From Dehalococcoidia bacterium (lineage in GTDB: Bacteria; Chloroflexota; Dehalococcoidia; Lucifugimonadales; UBA3495), in assembly GCA_965115825.1 (NCBI GenBank), contig OZ220464.1, positions 2,808,874 to 2,872,873 of the forward strand: a stretch of DNA of 64,000 bases, given 5' to 3'. The position numbers and the translations under genes were made by a program. The notes under the pieces are model-generated. The model saw nothing but the letters and a program-made list of their open reading frames with translations, was not told the DNA's origin and did not search any database. Numbering within the stretch: position 1 is the first letter of the stretch; each line of letters starts with the position of its first letter. Of the stretch, positions 39,229 to 48,099 are shown one piece after another.

Positions 39229-42162
39229 ATGGCTACCAGAGAGCATGAGCAGACACTGAACGTTTGGCTGGCCGGGCTGCTGCGGGAGCGGGGCCTGGAT
39301 GCCCGGCCGGAGGTGATGCGCTCCGGGAATCGTCGCGTTGATGCGGGGGTGGACGGCGAGGCGGAGGGGGCGCGCTCCGGGAATCGCGGCGCTGGCGTTG
39401 ACGCAGGGGTGGGCGTCGGAGCGCGGGCGGCGCGTGGCGGCAGTTTGCGCGTTGATGTGGAGGTGCGCATCGGGGCGGCGATTATCGCGGTGGAGTGTGA
39501 GCATGGGCAGTCGCCGGCGAAGCGGGCGGAGGCGGTTGGCGACGCTGACCGACGCCTGGCGCAGGGCCTGGCGCACGGCGCGGTTGCGGTGTGCTATCCG
39601 GACAATACTACCGAGGGGTCGCTGCCCGAGGCGCGGTTCATCTGGGCGGTGCGGGATGCCGCCGGAGTTGCATTTGGCCGAGGGGAGGATAGCGGGTCGG
39701 GTCGGCGGGCGGTTGGCGAGGCCGGGGTGGGGGCGCAGCGGGCGGCGCGGGACGCTGCCGGGGTGGGGACGAATTGGGTGGAAGGGAGCCTGGAGCAGCT
39801 GGTTTCGGTGATACGGCTGACGCCGGCGCAGCTGGGCAACCCCGACTATGCAGCGGCGGCGTTGTCCAACAGTCTGGATGAGGCGGCGCGTCGGCTGAGC
39901 GATGGGCAGAAGCGGATGCTGGCGCAGACGCTGGATTTGCCGGCGGCGAAAAGCGGCAGTCAGTGGAACCAGGCGGCCAAGCGCGCGCTGCTGGTGATTG
40001 CCACCGCCGTGATGTTTCACTCGCGGCTGGACAGCCATCTGCCGGAGATGCGGCCGGAATTGGACAGTCGTGAAAATCCGCCGGTTCCTTTCGTCGGCGC
40101 GTGGCCGCCGCGGATGGCGCAGCAGTGCCTGGATGCCGCCGATGCGATTGGCGCGTTTCGGGATGCGTGGCATCTGATACTGGCGCTGGACTACAAGCCG
40201 ATTTTTGAGACGGGACGGGCGGCAGTACAGGCGTGTCCGCCGGACCCGGCCTTTGGCGACGCAGTACGGGACACGGCGCGGGCGGCGCTGGCGGTAGCGC
40301 AGAATATCGCGGGGCTGCGGCATGACTTGCTGGGGCGCATCTTTCATACCGTGCTGGACACGGCGCGCTACGATGGGTCGTTTTATACCACTACGGCGGG
40401 GGCGACGCTGCTGGCGGGGCTGGCGCTGCGGGAGGATATGTGCGATTGGGAGGATGCCGCGGCCATCGCGGGGCTGCGCATCACCGACCCGGCGTGCGGC
40501 ACGGGAACGCTGCTGATGGCGGCGGCGGAGCGCATCCGGCACCTGGCGCCGCAGTCGGAGACGGATGGGGACATATCCCGGGCGCTGATTGAGCGGGTTT
40601 TTACGGGCTATGACGTGAACCTGACGGCGACGCATATGGCGGCGACGACGCTGGGGCTGCTGTCGCCAACGACGCAGTTTCGGAATATGAAAATCGGGCG
40701 GACTTTGCTGGGAGTGGATGGCGCAGGGGAGGCGCGCCTGGGTTCGCTGGAGTTTCTGGATCGGCAGCCGACGCTGATGCCGTGGCCGAACTCGGCGCAG
40801 TCGGCGACGCAGGTGGACAGCGGGGAGGGTATGACGGCGGCGGAGGGTGCGGATTTGGTGATTATGAATCCGCCGTTCACGCGGGACAGCCTGAGGCATG
40901 ACCAGTTCAGTCGGGAGGATGAGGGGAAAATCAAGGCTCGCGAGAAGGAGCTGTTTGCGAATAAGCCGGTGCATTTGTCAAATAACGGCGGCCCGTTCCT
41001 GTATCTAGGTGAGTTTCTAGCTAAACCCGACACCGGAGCGATGGCGGTGGTTTTGCCGCTGGTAGGAGCGACTAACTATGCAACGATGGGTATGCGGCAA
41101 TATCTGGCGCAAAGGTTCCACGTTGATACTATTGTAACGTCGCATGATCCAGCGCGTATCTACTTTTCAGAAAACACTGACATAGGCGAAATGTTGGTAA
41201 TCTGCCGGCGGTGGCCGACTGGGAAGGGAGCGAAACCGGCGACGAGGATAGTCAATCTGGCACGGAACCCGGCGACGCCGGCAGAGGCCATCAGCGTGGC
41301 GTGGGCGGTTGAGAACGGCACGGTGTCGAGTCAAGGTTTTGGCACGGTACAGGAGTGTCCAGCGGACAGAATAGCCGCAGGGGATTGGGGCGCGGTACAG
41401 TTTTTATCGCCATACCTGTGCGAGAAGTTTATTGAGCTGCGCAGCGGCGGATTGTTTCCATCAGTGGAGCTGGGCAGCATTGCGGATGTGGGGCCGGAAG
41501 GCCGCCGGATAAGAGATGCCTTTACTCGGTCGGAGATGCCGGATAATCTGGGGCGGGTTGCGCTGTGGCAGCACGATACGGAAGTGACGCAGTCGATGGC
41601 GGCTACGTGGGATACGCACATCGTTGCCAAGCCGACGAAAGCGCATTTGGCTGACAGTTATTGGCAGCAGCGCAACGCCTTAATGTTGCCCCAGAGGATG
41701 CGCCTCAATACGGTTAGAACGCTTTGCGCCCGGTTGGATATGCCAGCATTAGGTTCGTTGTGGGTTCCTTGCCGATTCACTATCGCAGAGCCCGGCAAGG
41801 ACGTTTTGGAAAAGGCGTTATGCGCATATCTGAATTCATCTGTTGGCATATTGTCATTATTGGGTAACCGTACCAACAAGATACCGTCATACCCCCATTT
41901 CTCGCTGGATGATTTGCGTAAGCTGATGGCGCCGGACTTTGGGGCGATTGGGGGTGATGCGGCGTCGGCGCTGGCGTCGGCTTATGACGCTCATGCGGGG
42001 GATGCGCTGCTGCCGCTGCCGGAGATGGAGGCGGACCCGGCGCGTCGGGCGTTGGATGCGGCGGTAGTGTCGGCGCTGGGTCTGGATGGGGAGTTGGTGG
42101 GGATGGTGCGGCGGAGTTTGGCGATGGAGCCGTCGGTGAGGGGGCGGCGGTATGGGGGGTAG
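39229..42162 (+). CDS. Type IIG/IIC-like restriction-modification fusion (endonuclease-like + N6-adenine MTase + target-recognition region)
   Basis: GSFYTT, ITDPACGTGTLL, VIMNPPF, FSENT.IGE; N-terminal VDVE..AVECE. Confidence 0.82.
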   Translation: MATREHEQTLNVWLAGLLRERGLDARPEVMRSGNRRVDAGVDGEAEGARSGNRGAGVDAGVGVGARAARGGSLRVDVEVRIGAAIIAVECEHGQSPAKRAEAVGDADRRLAQGLAHGAVAVCYPDNTTEGSLPEARFIWAVRDAAGVAFGRGEDSGSGRRAVGEAGVGAQRAARDAAGVGTNWVEGSLEQLVSVIRLTPAQLGNPDYAAAALSNSLDEAARRLSDGQKRMLAQTLDLPAAKSGSQWNQAAKRALLVIATAVMFHSRLDSHLPEMRPELDSRENPPVPFVGAWPPRMAQQCLDAADAIGAFRDAWHLILALDYKPIFETGRAAVQACPPDPAFGDAVRDTARAALAVAQNIAGLRHDLLGRIFHTVLDTARYDGSFYTTTAGATLLAGLALREDMCDWEDAAAIAGLRITDPACGTGTLLMAAAERIRHLAPQSETDGDISRALIERVFTGYDVNLTATHMAATTLGLLSPTTQFRNMKIGRTLLGVDGAGEARLGSLEFLDRQPTLMPWPNSAQSATQVDSGEGMTAAEGADLVIMNPPFTRDSLRHDQFSREDEGKIKAREKELFANKPVHLSNNGGPFLYLGEFLAKPDTGAMAVVLPLVGATNYATMGMRQYLAQRFHVDTIVTSHDPARIYFSENTDIGEMLVICRRWPTGKGAKPATRIVNLARNPATPAEAISVAWAVENGTVSSQGFGTVQECPADRIAAGDWGAVQFLSPYLCEKFIELRSGGLFPSVELGSIADVGPEGRRIRDAFTRSEMPDNLGRVALWQHDTEVTQSMAATWDTHIVAKPTKAHLADSYWQQRNALMLPQRMRLNTVRTLCARLDMPALGSLWVPCRFTIAEPGKDVLEKALCAYLNSSVGILSLLGNRTNKIPSYPHFSLDDLRKLMAPDFGAIGGDAASALASAYDAHAGDALLPLPEMEADPARRALDAAVVSALGLDGELVGMVRRSLAMEPSVRGRRYGG

Positions 42163-42178
42163 GGTGGTATAATGGCCT

Positions 42179-42892
42179 ATGCGCAACGAAATCAGAACGG
42201 CGCTAGACGCCATCGCCGACAGCTGGGTTCCGAAAGCGGCCGGTCCCGCGCTTGGGGTGTTCCTGGTCATCACTCTGGCCATAGGTATGACGCAGAACGC
42301 ATTTACGTGGTTCGGCATTGCTCCGCCAAGAGGGATTGCCTCTATTGATGTTTGGAAGTTGGGAATGGTAGTGGGCACGGCAGGAACGGCGACAGCGTTC
42401 CTGGCAACGATATACGTGGCAGCTCGTAACTACCGGAGAGGACGTGAGCACATCCCCAATCTTTCCATGGAGATGCAAATAGTAAGAACGCCGGCGAGTC
42501 TAAACTATGACGCCGTGGTGGTCAGCCTGAACGCGACTAACACCGGAACGGGCCTCTGCCGGGTTGATTGGGTTCGGTGGACTTTGAAAGTGGTGTCGCC
42601 ATACGATGATGGAAGTGTCGAGGAAATGCAGCAGGAATTTGAAGGCGCGCCAGAAGATAAACAAGACATCGAGTTTCCATGGCATTCGGTGAGGGAAGAT
42701 ACGGTAACGGAAGGAATAGTAATTGAGCCGAATGAAACGGAGCAGCTGACGTACGACTTCATCATTCCGGCTGAAATCACGGCTGTTGTCGTATCGGCTT
42801 GGGTTTCCAACGCATCGGAATTCAGGGAAGTCGAAGGATGGTACAGACGAAGGGCGCACGTAAATGGGGGGCCTGAGGGATATGAAAGATAA
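42179..42892 (+). CDS. Hypothetical membrane protein with soluble beta-rich domain
   Basis: 237-aa ORF, two TM segments, lower GC. Confidence 0.65.
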   Translation: MRNEIRTALDAIADSWVPKAAGPALGVFLVITLAIGMTQNAFTWFGIAPPRGIASIDVWKLGMVVGTAGTATAFLATIYVAARNYRRGREHIPNLSMEMQIVRTPASLNYDAVVVSLNATNTGTGLCRVDWVRWTLKVVSPYDDGSVEEMQQEFEGAPEDKQDIEFPWHSVREDTVTEGIVIEPNETEQLTYDFIIPAEITAVVVSAWVSNASEFREVEGWYRRRAHVNGGPEGYER

Positions 42893-43055
42893 GAAATTTG
42901 ATCCGCACAAGAGGACTGTTCCGTTGGAAAAGCGGCGCGGCGGCGGCCGGCCTATGCCGAGGCCGGCGGGCGGTAAAGCGAAGAAATGGCAAATGCCAAC
43001 GGGAGGTAGTACACCGTCCGACCGGAAGAGGCCAAACAGCAACAAGGAGGCCTAA
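42882..43055 (+). CDS. Small basic hypothetical protein
   Basis: MKDKKFDPHK..; GAGG RBS; coupled to neighbours. Confidence 0.4.
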   Translation: MKDKKFDPHKRTVPLEKRRGGGRPMPRPAGGKAKKWQMPTGGSTPSDRKRPNSNKEA

Positions 43056-43057
43056 TC

Positions 43058-43279
43058 GTGGCTGACAAACAAAACAAATGGAACCCGGAACCGAGTAAAG
43101 ATAACTTACCCATCGAGCCAGGGATGTTGATTCGCGGGATAGAGCATACTGAAGGAGATCTGTTAAAGCGCGGGCGTGAAATCGGACCACCGCAGGCCCG
43201 AACCGGCGGTAACGCTGCCAAAACGTGGCAACCTCCGCAAAAGGAAAGCACGCCCAACAATCGGGTCAGAAAGACATAG
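43058..43279 (+). CDS. Small hypothetical protein
   Basis: AAGGAGG RBS then GTG start. Confidence 0.5.
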   Translation: MADKQNKWNPEPSKDNLPIEPGMLIRGIEHTEGDLLKRGREIGPPQARTGGNAAKTWQPPQKESTPNNRVRKT

Positions 43280-43373
43280 CAGCGTATCTATATGGCTATT
43301 GGGCAAGTGGCGGTCGGGGGTTTGCGGCGTCGTGGGGCGATATGTTTTCGTCGATCGTGAACCTCATATCGCG

Positions 43374-43685
43374 TCATCCGTTCCGGAAGATGCTTTTGAG
43401 AGTCTCGCTGTTATCGCCTTCTACCAGTGTCCACTTGCCGCTATCAAGGAAGCTGCCTTCAAATTGCCAGGAAGGGTTCCTGCCCGGCAAATTCTCGCTG
43501 GCGTAGAGGCAACAGGCGCGTATATCCTCGGCCTTTAGATTGGGATAATGCTCCAGAATATCGGCTTGGCTCCATTTATTAGCCAGCAGGTAGAGGATGA
43601 ATGCGACGGAAATCCTGGTTCCTTTCACGCGGGGCTTGCCCAGCAGGATTGGCGGGTCGGATACGATGCGTTCTCGCAAGTCCAT
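43374..43685 (-). CDS. DUF433 family antitoxin (divergent copy)
   Basis: ILLGKPRVKGTRISV..ILEHYPNLKAEDIRAC..YA. Confidence 0.85.
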   Translation of the reverse strand: MDLRERIVSDPPILLGKPRVKGTRISVAFILYLLANKWSQADILEHYPNLKAEDIRACCLYASENLPGRNPSWQFEGSFLDSGKWTLVEGDNSETLKSIFRNG

Positions 43686-43814
43686 AATGATTGCAGCCTC
43701 CGGGGGATGGGGCCGGGTTGTGTCCAGCCGGTCTTTTATCCTAGCATACCGTCAACTGTACTGCGGCGGCGTGAGTTCGCTGAGGTTGGTGTCGGCCAGG
43801 ATGCGCATTGCGCG

Positions 43815-44111
43815 TTATGCCTTTTGGGATTCATGGGGTTCTGCGGCGTCTTGGCGGGCGGGTTTGTCGAATTCGGCCATGAACTTGCACCAATCGACGT
43901 TGGTCAGGGGCGCGCCGGTGGCGGCGTAGAGACGGCAGGCTTCGATATCCTCGTGGGTCAATCCGGGCCACCCGTTGAGGATGTCCTCTTCCGTCCAGGC
44001 GCCGCCGTTGAGACGTTCCATTACTAACTCTACGGAGATGCGCATTCCGCGTATGGTTGGCTTGCCGGCCAGGATTTGGGAGTCTTTGGTGATGCGGTCG
44101 AGTAATGTCAT
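43815..44111 (-). CDS. DUF433 family antitoxin
   Basis: ILAGKPTIRGMRISVE..WPGLTHEDIEAC. Confidence 0.88.
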   Translation of the reverse strand: MTLLDRITKDSQILAGKPTIRGMRISVELVMERLNGGAWTEEDILNGWPGLTHEDIEACRLYAATGAPLTNVDWCKFMAEFDKPARQDAAEPHESQKA

Positions 44112-44155
44112 GATGGTTGTAGGCTCCTGAGGGATGGCTGGCCGGTTGTGTTAGG

Positions 44156-44509
44156 TTACAGGTTGGGGAGCGGGCGATTGCGGATGTTGATGACCCAGAA
44201 GCGGCCGGGCCAGACTATTGGGGCAGCGAGGTTGTGTACGATTAGCTGTGCTCTCTCCGCTACTGTCACAGATTGCGCGATGCGAAACAGGACTACACCG
44301 CAACGGGCTGGCAAGCGGTCATTGAAGGTTAACTCTCCGAAGTCGGTATCGAAGGTTACGAGTAGGCGGTCTTCACGTACTGCGCGGGCCAGTATGTTGG
44401 GGTCTGCCATACGCCGGTCGTCTTCATACATCCAAATAACGTCATGCCCGGCGTTGCGCAGAGCCGCGACTGTGGGTTCGTTGAGGTTTGTATCGGCCAG
44501 GATGCGCAT
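44156..44509 (-). CDS. DUF5615 / VapC45-like PIN-domain toxin
   Basis: MRILADTNL, LRNAGHDV, EDRLLVTFDTDFGEL. Confidence 0.88.
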   Translation of the reverse strand: MRILADTNLNEPTVAALRNAGHDVIWMYEDDRRMADPNILARAVREDRLLVTFDTDFGELTFNDRLPARCGVVLFRIAQSVTVAERAQLIVHNLAAPIVWPGRFWVINIRNRPLPNL

Positions 44510-44515
44510 TGCGCG

Positions 44516-44812
44516 TTATGCCTTTTGGGATTCATGGGGTTCTGCGGCGTCTTGGCGGGCGGGTTTGTCGAATTCGGCCATGAACTTGCACCAATCGACG
44601 TTGGTCAGAGGCGCGCCGGTGGCGGCGTAGAGACGGCAGGCTTCGATATCCTCGTGGGTCAATCCGGGCCACCCGTTGAGGATGTCTTCTTCCGTCCAGG
44701 CGCCGCCGTTGAGGAGGCCTACTATCTGTTCCACGGAGATGCGCATTCCGCGTATGGTTGGTTTGCCGGCCAGGATTTGGGGGTCTTTGGTGATGCGGTC
44801 GAGTAAGGTCAT
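44516..44812 (-). CDS. DUF433 family antitoxin
   Basis: Near-identical to 43815-44111. Confidence 0.88.
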   Translation of the reverse strand: MTLLDRITKDPQILAGKPTIRGMRISVEQIVGLLNGGAWTEEDILNGWPGLTHEDIEACRLYAATGAPLTNVDWCKFMAEFDKPARQDAAEPHESQKA

Positions 44813-44870
44813 GATGGTTGTAGGCTCTTGGGGGATGGCTGGCCGGGTTGTGTTAGGCCAGTGTTTTATC

Positions 44871-45752
44871 CTAGCATACCGTCAGTTGCACTGTGGCGGC
44901 GGCGCCAGTGTTCAGCGCGGCGGCGGCGCTGCCATCTATCAGGGCGATTTCCAGGCGGTTGTGGCTGCCTATCAGCGCGCGCAATCCGCTGTCGGGCGGG
45001 TCTCCGCGAGAGGTAGGGGGCGGACTGTGGAAGGTTTGGGAGAGGCCGTTGATGGTGTGGCCGGCGACGGCTACGGTTACATTGGGGTCGCCGGGGGATA
45101 TGCCCATATCGTCCAGGATGTCGGCGGTTAGGTTGGTTATGAGGTTGCCGAAAGCGTCGGCGTAGATGACGCTGCCGCGCAGGACGTTGCCATCAGGCCG
45201 AGGCGTGGGCAGGGGCAAGGCGGTAATGGCGGATATGGGTTTGCCAATCCGGCTGGGCGTTGCGCCGAGGGACAGATGGGCGGAGACCGGGGCGAATACG
45301 TCGCGCCCGTGAAAGGTGGAACTGACCGGGCGCCGCCAGTAGTCGGGGTTGGTCAGTCGCCAGGCTCGGCAGGATGTGGGCACGCGGGCGGTGGCGGGAG
45401 CGTCGGCGTCGCCAAAGGCGGATTGGCAGCGGCGGCAGACGAGGGTAAGCAGGCCGTTGTCGGGAGCGAGGAAGCGGGCGTCGGGGGTTTCCAGCAGGAT
45501 GGCGGCGCGCTGGGTGCCGACGCCGGGGTCAACGACGGCGACGAATATGCTGCCGGGCGGGAAGTAGGGCGAGGCGTCGGCGAGGACGGCGGCACCGTGG
45601 GCGATGTTCTGGGGGCTGATGCCGTGGGTGAGGTCGATGACGCTGGCGGCAGGATTGATGGAGGATATGACGCCGCGCATCATGCCGACGTAAGCGTCGG
45701 AGAGGCCGAAGTCGGTGAGCAGGACAATGGGAGGCGCGGTCGTGCCGGCCAT
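44871..45752 (-). CDS. SAM hydroxide adenosyltransferase (DUF62; chlorinase/fluorinase superfamily)
   Basis: LLTDFG..D.YVG, VVDPGVGT.R, APDNGLL, SSTFHGRDVFAP, DAFGNLITN. Confidence 0.9.
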   Translation of the reverse strand: MAGTTAPPIVLLTDFGLSDAYVGMMRGVISSINPAASVIDLTHGISPQNIAHGAAVLADASPYFPPGSIFVAVVDPGVGTQRAAILLETPDARFLAPDNGLLTLVCRRCQSAFGDADAPATARVPTSCRAWRLTNPDYWRRPVSSTFHGRDVFAPVSAHLSLGATPSRIGKPISAITALPLPTPRPDGNVLRGSVIYADAFGNLITNLTADILDDMGISPGDPNVTVAVAGHTINGLSQTFHSPPPTSRGDPPDSGLRALIGSHNRLEIALIDGSAAAALNTGAAATVQLTVC

Positions 45753-45759
45753 GGGGTGG

Positions 45760-45975
45760 TCAGCCGGAGAAGCGCGCGCTGAGGGTAGAGACTACGAGGA
45801 AGACGACAATGAGCGCGATGGTGAGCTGGAACATGGTGCGTTCGAGGCCGCGACGGGTGCGGACGGTGTTCTGCGCGCTGCCGAACATACCGCTGCCGGC
45901 CTCTCGCACCTGGGACAGAATGATGAGCACCAGGATGATGGAAGCGATAATTTGGGCGACGTTGAGCAATGTCAT
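45760..45975 (-). CDS. secG: Preprotein translocase subunit SecG
   Basis: Two TMs with GSGMFG linker and TRRGLE motif. Confidence 0.88.
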   Translation of the reverse strand: MTLLNVAQIIASIILVLIILSQVREAGSGMFGSAQNTVRTRRGLERTMFQLTIALIVVFLVVSTLSARFSG

Positions 45976-46008
45976 GTGAAGTTTTACCTCAATGTAGATT
46001 GTACCACG

Positions 46009-47499
46009 CTAACGCTGCTGGGCCGCCAGCCCTTCCTGAACCATACGCAGGGCAATTTCGGGTTGGGCCTGGCCTTTGGTAATGCGCATCACCTGGCCCA
46101 TGAGGAAGCGGGCGGCGTTTTCCCTGCCGGCGAGGTAGTCGGCGACGGCTTTGGGGTTGGCGGCGATGGCCTCGGCGACGGCGGACTGAATGGCGTCGGC
46201 GTCGCTGATTTGGGCGAGGCCTTTTTCGGATACGACAGCTGCCGCGCTGCCGCCGGTGGCGTACATTTCTTCCAGCACGGTTTTGGCCAGGGAGGTGGAC
46301 AGGGCGCCGTTGGCGACGAGAGCGAGGAGTTCGGCCAATCGCGCCGGCGGAACCGGAGCATCGGAGATGTCCCGGCGCTCCTGATTGAGCAGGCGGGAGA
46401 GGTCGCCCTGCATCCAGTTGGCTACTTCTTTGGCGGCGGCGGGTTCGCGGGCGAGGTTGTAGGATGAGAGGGCAGCCTCGAAGTAGTCGGCCGTAGCGCG
46501 GAAGGCGGTGAGCTGGCCGGCGTCGTAGTCGGAGAGGGCATAGTCGGATTGGAAGCGCGCTTTGCGTTGGGGGGCCAGCTCCGGGAGGGCGGCCTGCAAC
46601 TGGGATACCCACTCGCGCCCGATGTTGAGGGGAGGCAGGTCAGGCTCCGGGAAGTAGCGGTAATCGTGAGCGTACTCTTTGCTGCGCTGGGAAACGGTAA
46701 CGGCGCGCTCCTGAACCCAGCCGCGGGTTTCCTGCGCGACCTGACCGCCGTCTGCGACGATGCGACGCTGGCGCTGGACTTCGTACTCCAATGCCTGAAA
46801 GACGGAATGGAAGCTGTTCATGTTTTTGATTTCGGTACGGGCGCCGAGAACGTCGCTGCCCGTGGGTCGGATGCTGACGTTGGCGTCGCAGCGGAAGTTG
46901 CCGTCCTGCATATTGGCGGTGGAGACGCCAAGGTACTGCACCAGGGAGTGGAGCGATACCAGATACTGGCGGGCTTCTTCGGGGGAACGGAGGTCGGGCC
47001 GGCTGACGACTTCCATGAGGGGTACGCCGGAGCGGTTGACGTCAACCAGGGAATAGCCGTCTCCCGAATTGTGGGAGCTCGGCGGAAAGTGCTGCATTTT
47101 GGCAACGTCTTCTTCGAGATGGACGCGCTCGACGCCGATGCGTTGTCGGCAGCGTCCGAGGTTGGGGTCGCCGGGGATTTCCAAGCAGCCGTCCAATGCC
47201 AGGGGGAGGTCGTATTGGGAAATCTGGTAGCCCTTCATCAGGTCGGGGTAGGGGTAGTTTTTGCGGTCGAACTTGGTGAACTCGGGGATGCGGCAATGCA
47301 GGGCGAGGCCGGTCATAATGGTGTACTCGATGGCGCGGCGGTTGATGACGGGCAGGGCGCCGGGGAGGCCGAGGCAGACTGGGCAGGCGCGGGTGTTGGG
47401 TTCGGCGGCCTGATAGTCGGCGGGACAGGCGCAGAACATCTTGCTGCGGGTATCCAGCTGGACGTGGACTTCCAGACCGATGACGGTTTCGTACTGCAT
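46009..47499 (-). CDS. gatB: Asp/Glu-tRNA amidotransferase subunit B
   Basis: YETVIGLEVHVQL, FDRKNYPYPDLMKGYQISQY, FRCDANVSIR, DYRYFPEPDL. Confidence 0.97.
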   Translation of the reverse strand: MQYETVIGLEVHVQLDTRSKMFCACPADYQAAEPNTRACPVCLGLPGALPVINRRAIEYTIMTGLALHCRIPEFTKFDRKNYPYPDLMKGYQISQYDLPLALDGCLEIPGDPNLGRCRQRIGVERVHLEEDVAKMQHFPPSSHNSGDGYSLVDVNRSGVPLMEVVSRPDLRSPEEARQYLVSLHSLVQYLGVSTANMQDGNFRCDANVSIRPTGSDVLGARTEIKNMNSFHSVFQALEYEVQRQRRIVADGGQVAQETRGWVQERAVTVSQRSKEYAHDYRYFPEPDLPPLNIGREWVSQLQAALPELAPQRKARFQSDYALSDYDAGQLTAFRATADYFEAALSSYNLAREPAAAKEVANWMQGDLSRLLNQERRDISDAPVPPARLAELLALVANGALSTSLAKTVLEEMYATGGSAAAVVSEKGLAQISDADAIQSAVAEAIAANPKAVADYLAGRENAARFLMGQVMRITKGQAQPEIALRMVQEGLAAQQR

Positions 47500-47646
47500 G
47501 GCGGGCGGTTTCCCGGTGGGCATCAGGTTCGGGCGTTGGCGGTAATTATAGCAAAGGCGGGGGCGCTGATAGACGGCGCGGCGTGTGATAGATGCGATAG
47601 GATCGTGGTGAGATGGGATCATAAGGCAGAAGGGAAGGAGGGCGAC

Positions 47647-47811
47647 ATGGAACTGTTTGAGCCAGTCCTTGGCATGACTATGATAGCGGTCGGGCTGATA
47701 GTGCTGATGGGCGGCGTGGGCTTGCTGTTCTACTTGATTTGGACGAACGGCAAAAAGACCGCACGAGTTGGGTCGGCTGTTGAGCCGCTTGTTGATGGGG
47801 AGCAACTGTGA
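47647..47811 (+). CDS. Small single-TM protein
   Basis: AAGGAGG RBS, hydrophobic helix. Confidence 0.5.
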   Translation: MELFEPVLGMTMIAVGLIVLMGGVGLLFYLIWTNGKKTARVGSAVEPLVDGEQL

Positions 47812-48062
47812 GAATCGCGCTACCAATCATAGGCGTCTTGTTTGTCCTGTTCAGCCTGATCTCCTTGGGCGGTGGCGTTCCGGTGTGGATGGCTCCGGTT
47901 CCGGCGGAGGATATGACGTCGGAGCGGCAAAGTCTCTTTAAACTGCGGACTGGATGATTAAAGCGTCGGCAGGAGGGGTTCTGGGGTTCGCCATGTCGCG
48001 GCTGGCGGTTAGAAAGGCGCAGACCTGACGTACATTTATAGAGCAGAGGGGATCTTATAAGG

Positions 48063-48092
48063 GGGCGAGGGTGTATGCACCCTCGCCCGTTT
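48063..48092. terminator. Bidirectional terminator-like hairpin after acs
   Basis: gggcgagggtg-tatg-caccctcgccc. Confidence 0.7.
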
Positions 48093-48099
48093 GCAACGA

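Noticed and set aside
44871-45752. Fluorinase/chlorinase
   Set aside because: Retains DUF62 hydrolase-type motifs (D..R..STFHGRD) and sits in a housekeeping gatB-secG context
47808-48028. Small membrane ORF downstream of 47647
   Set aside because: Under 50 codons and apparently frameshifted; function unsupported
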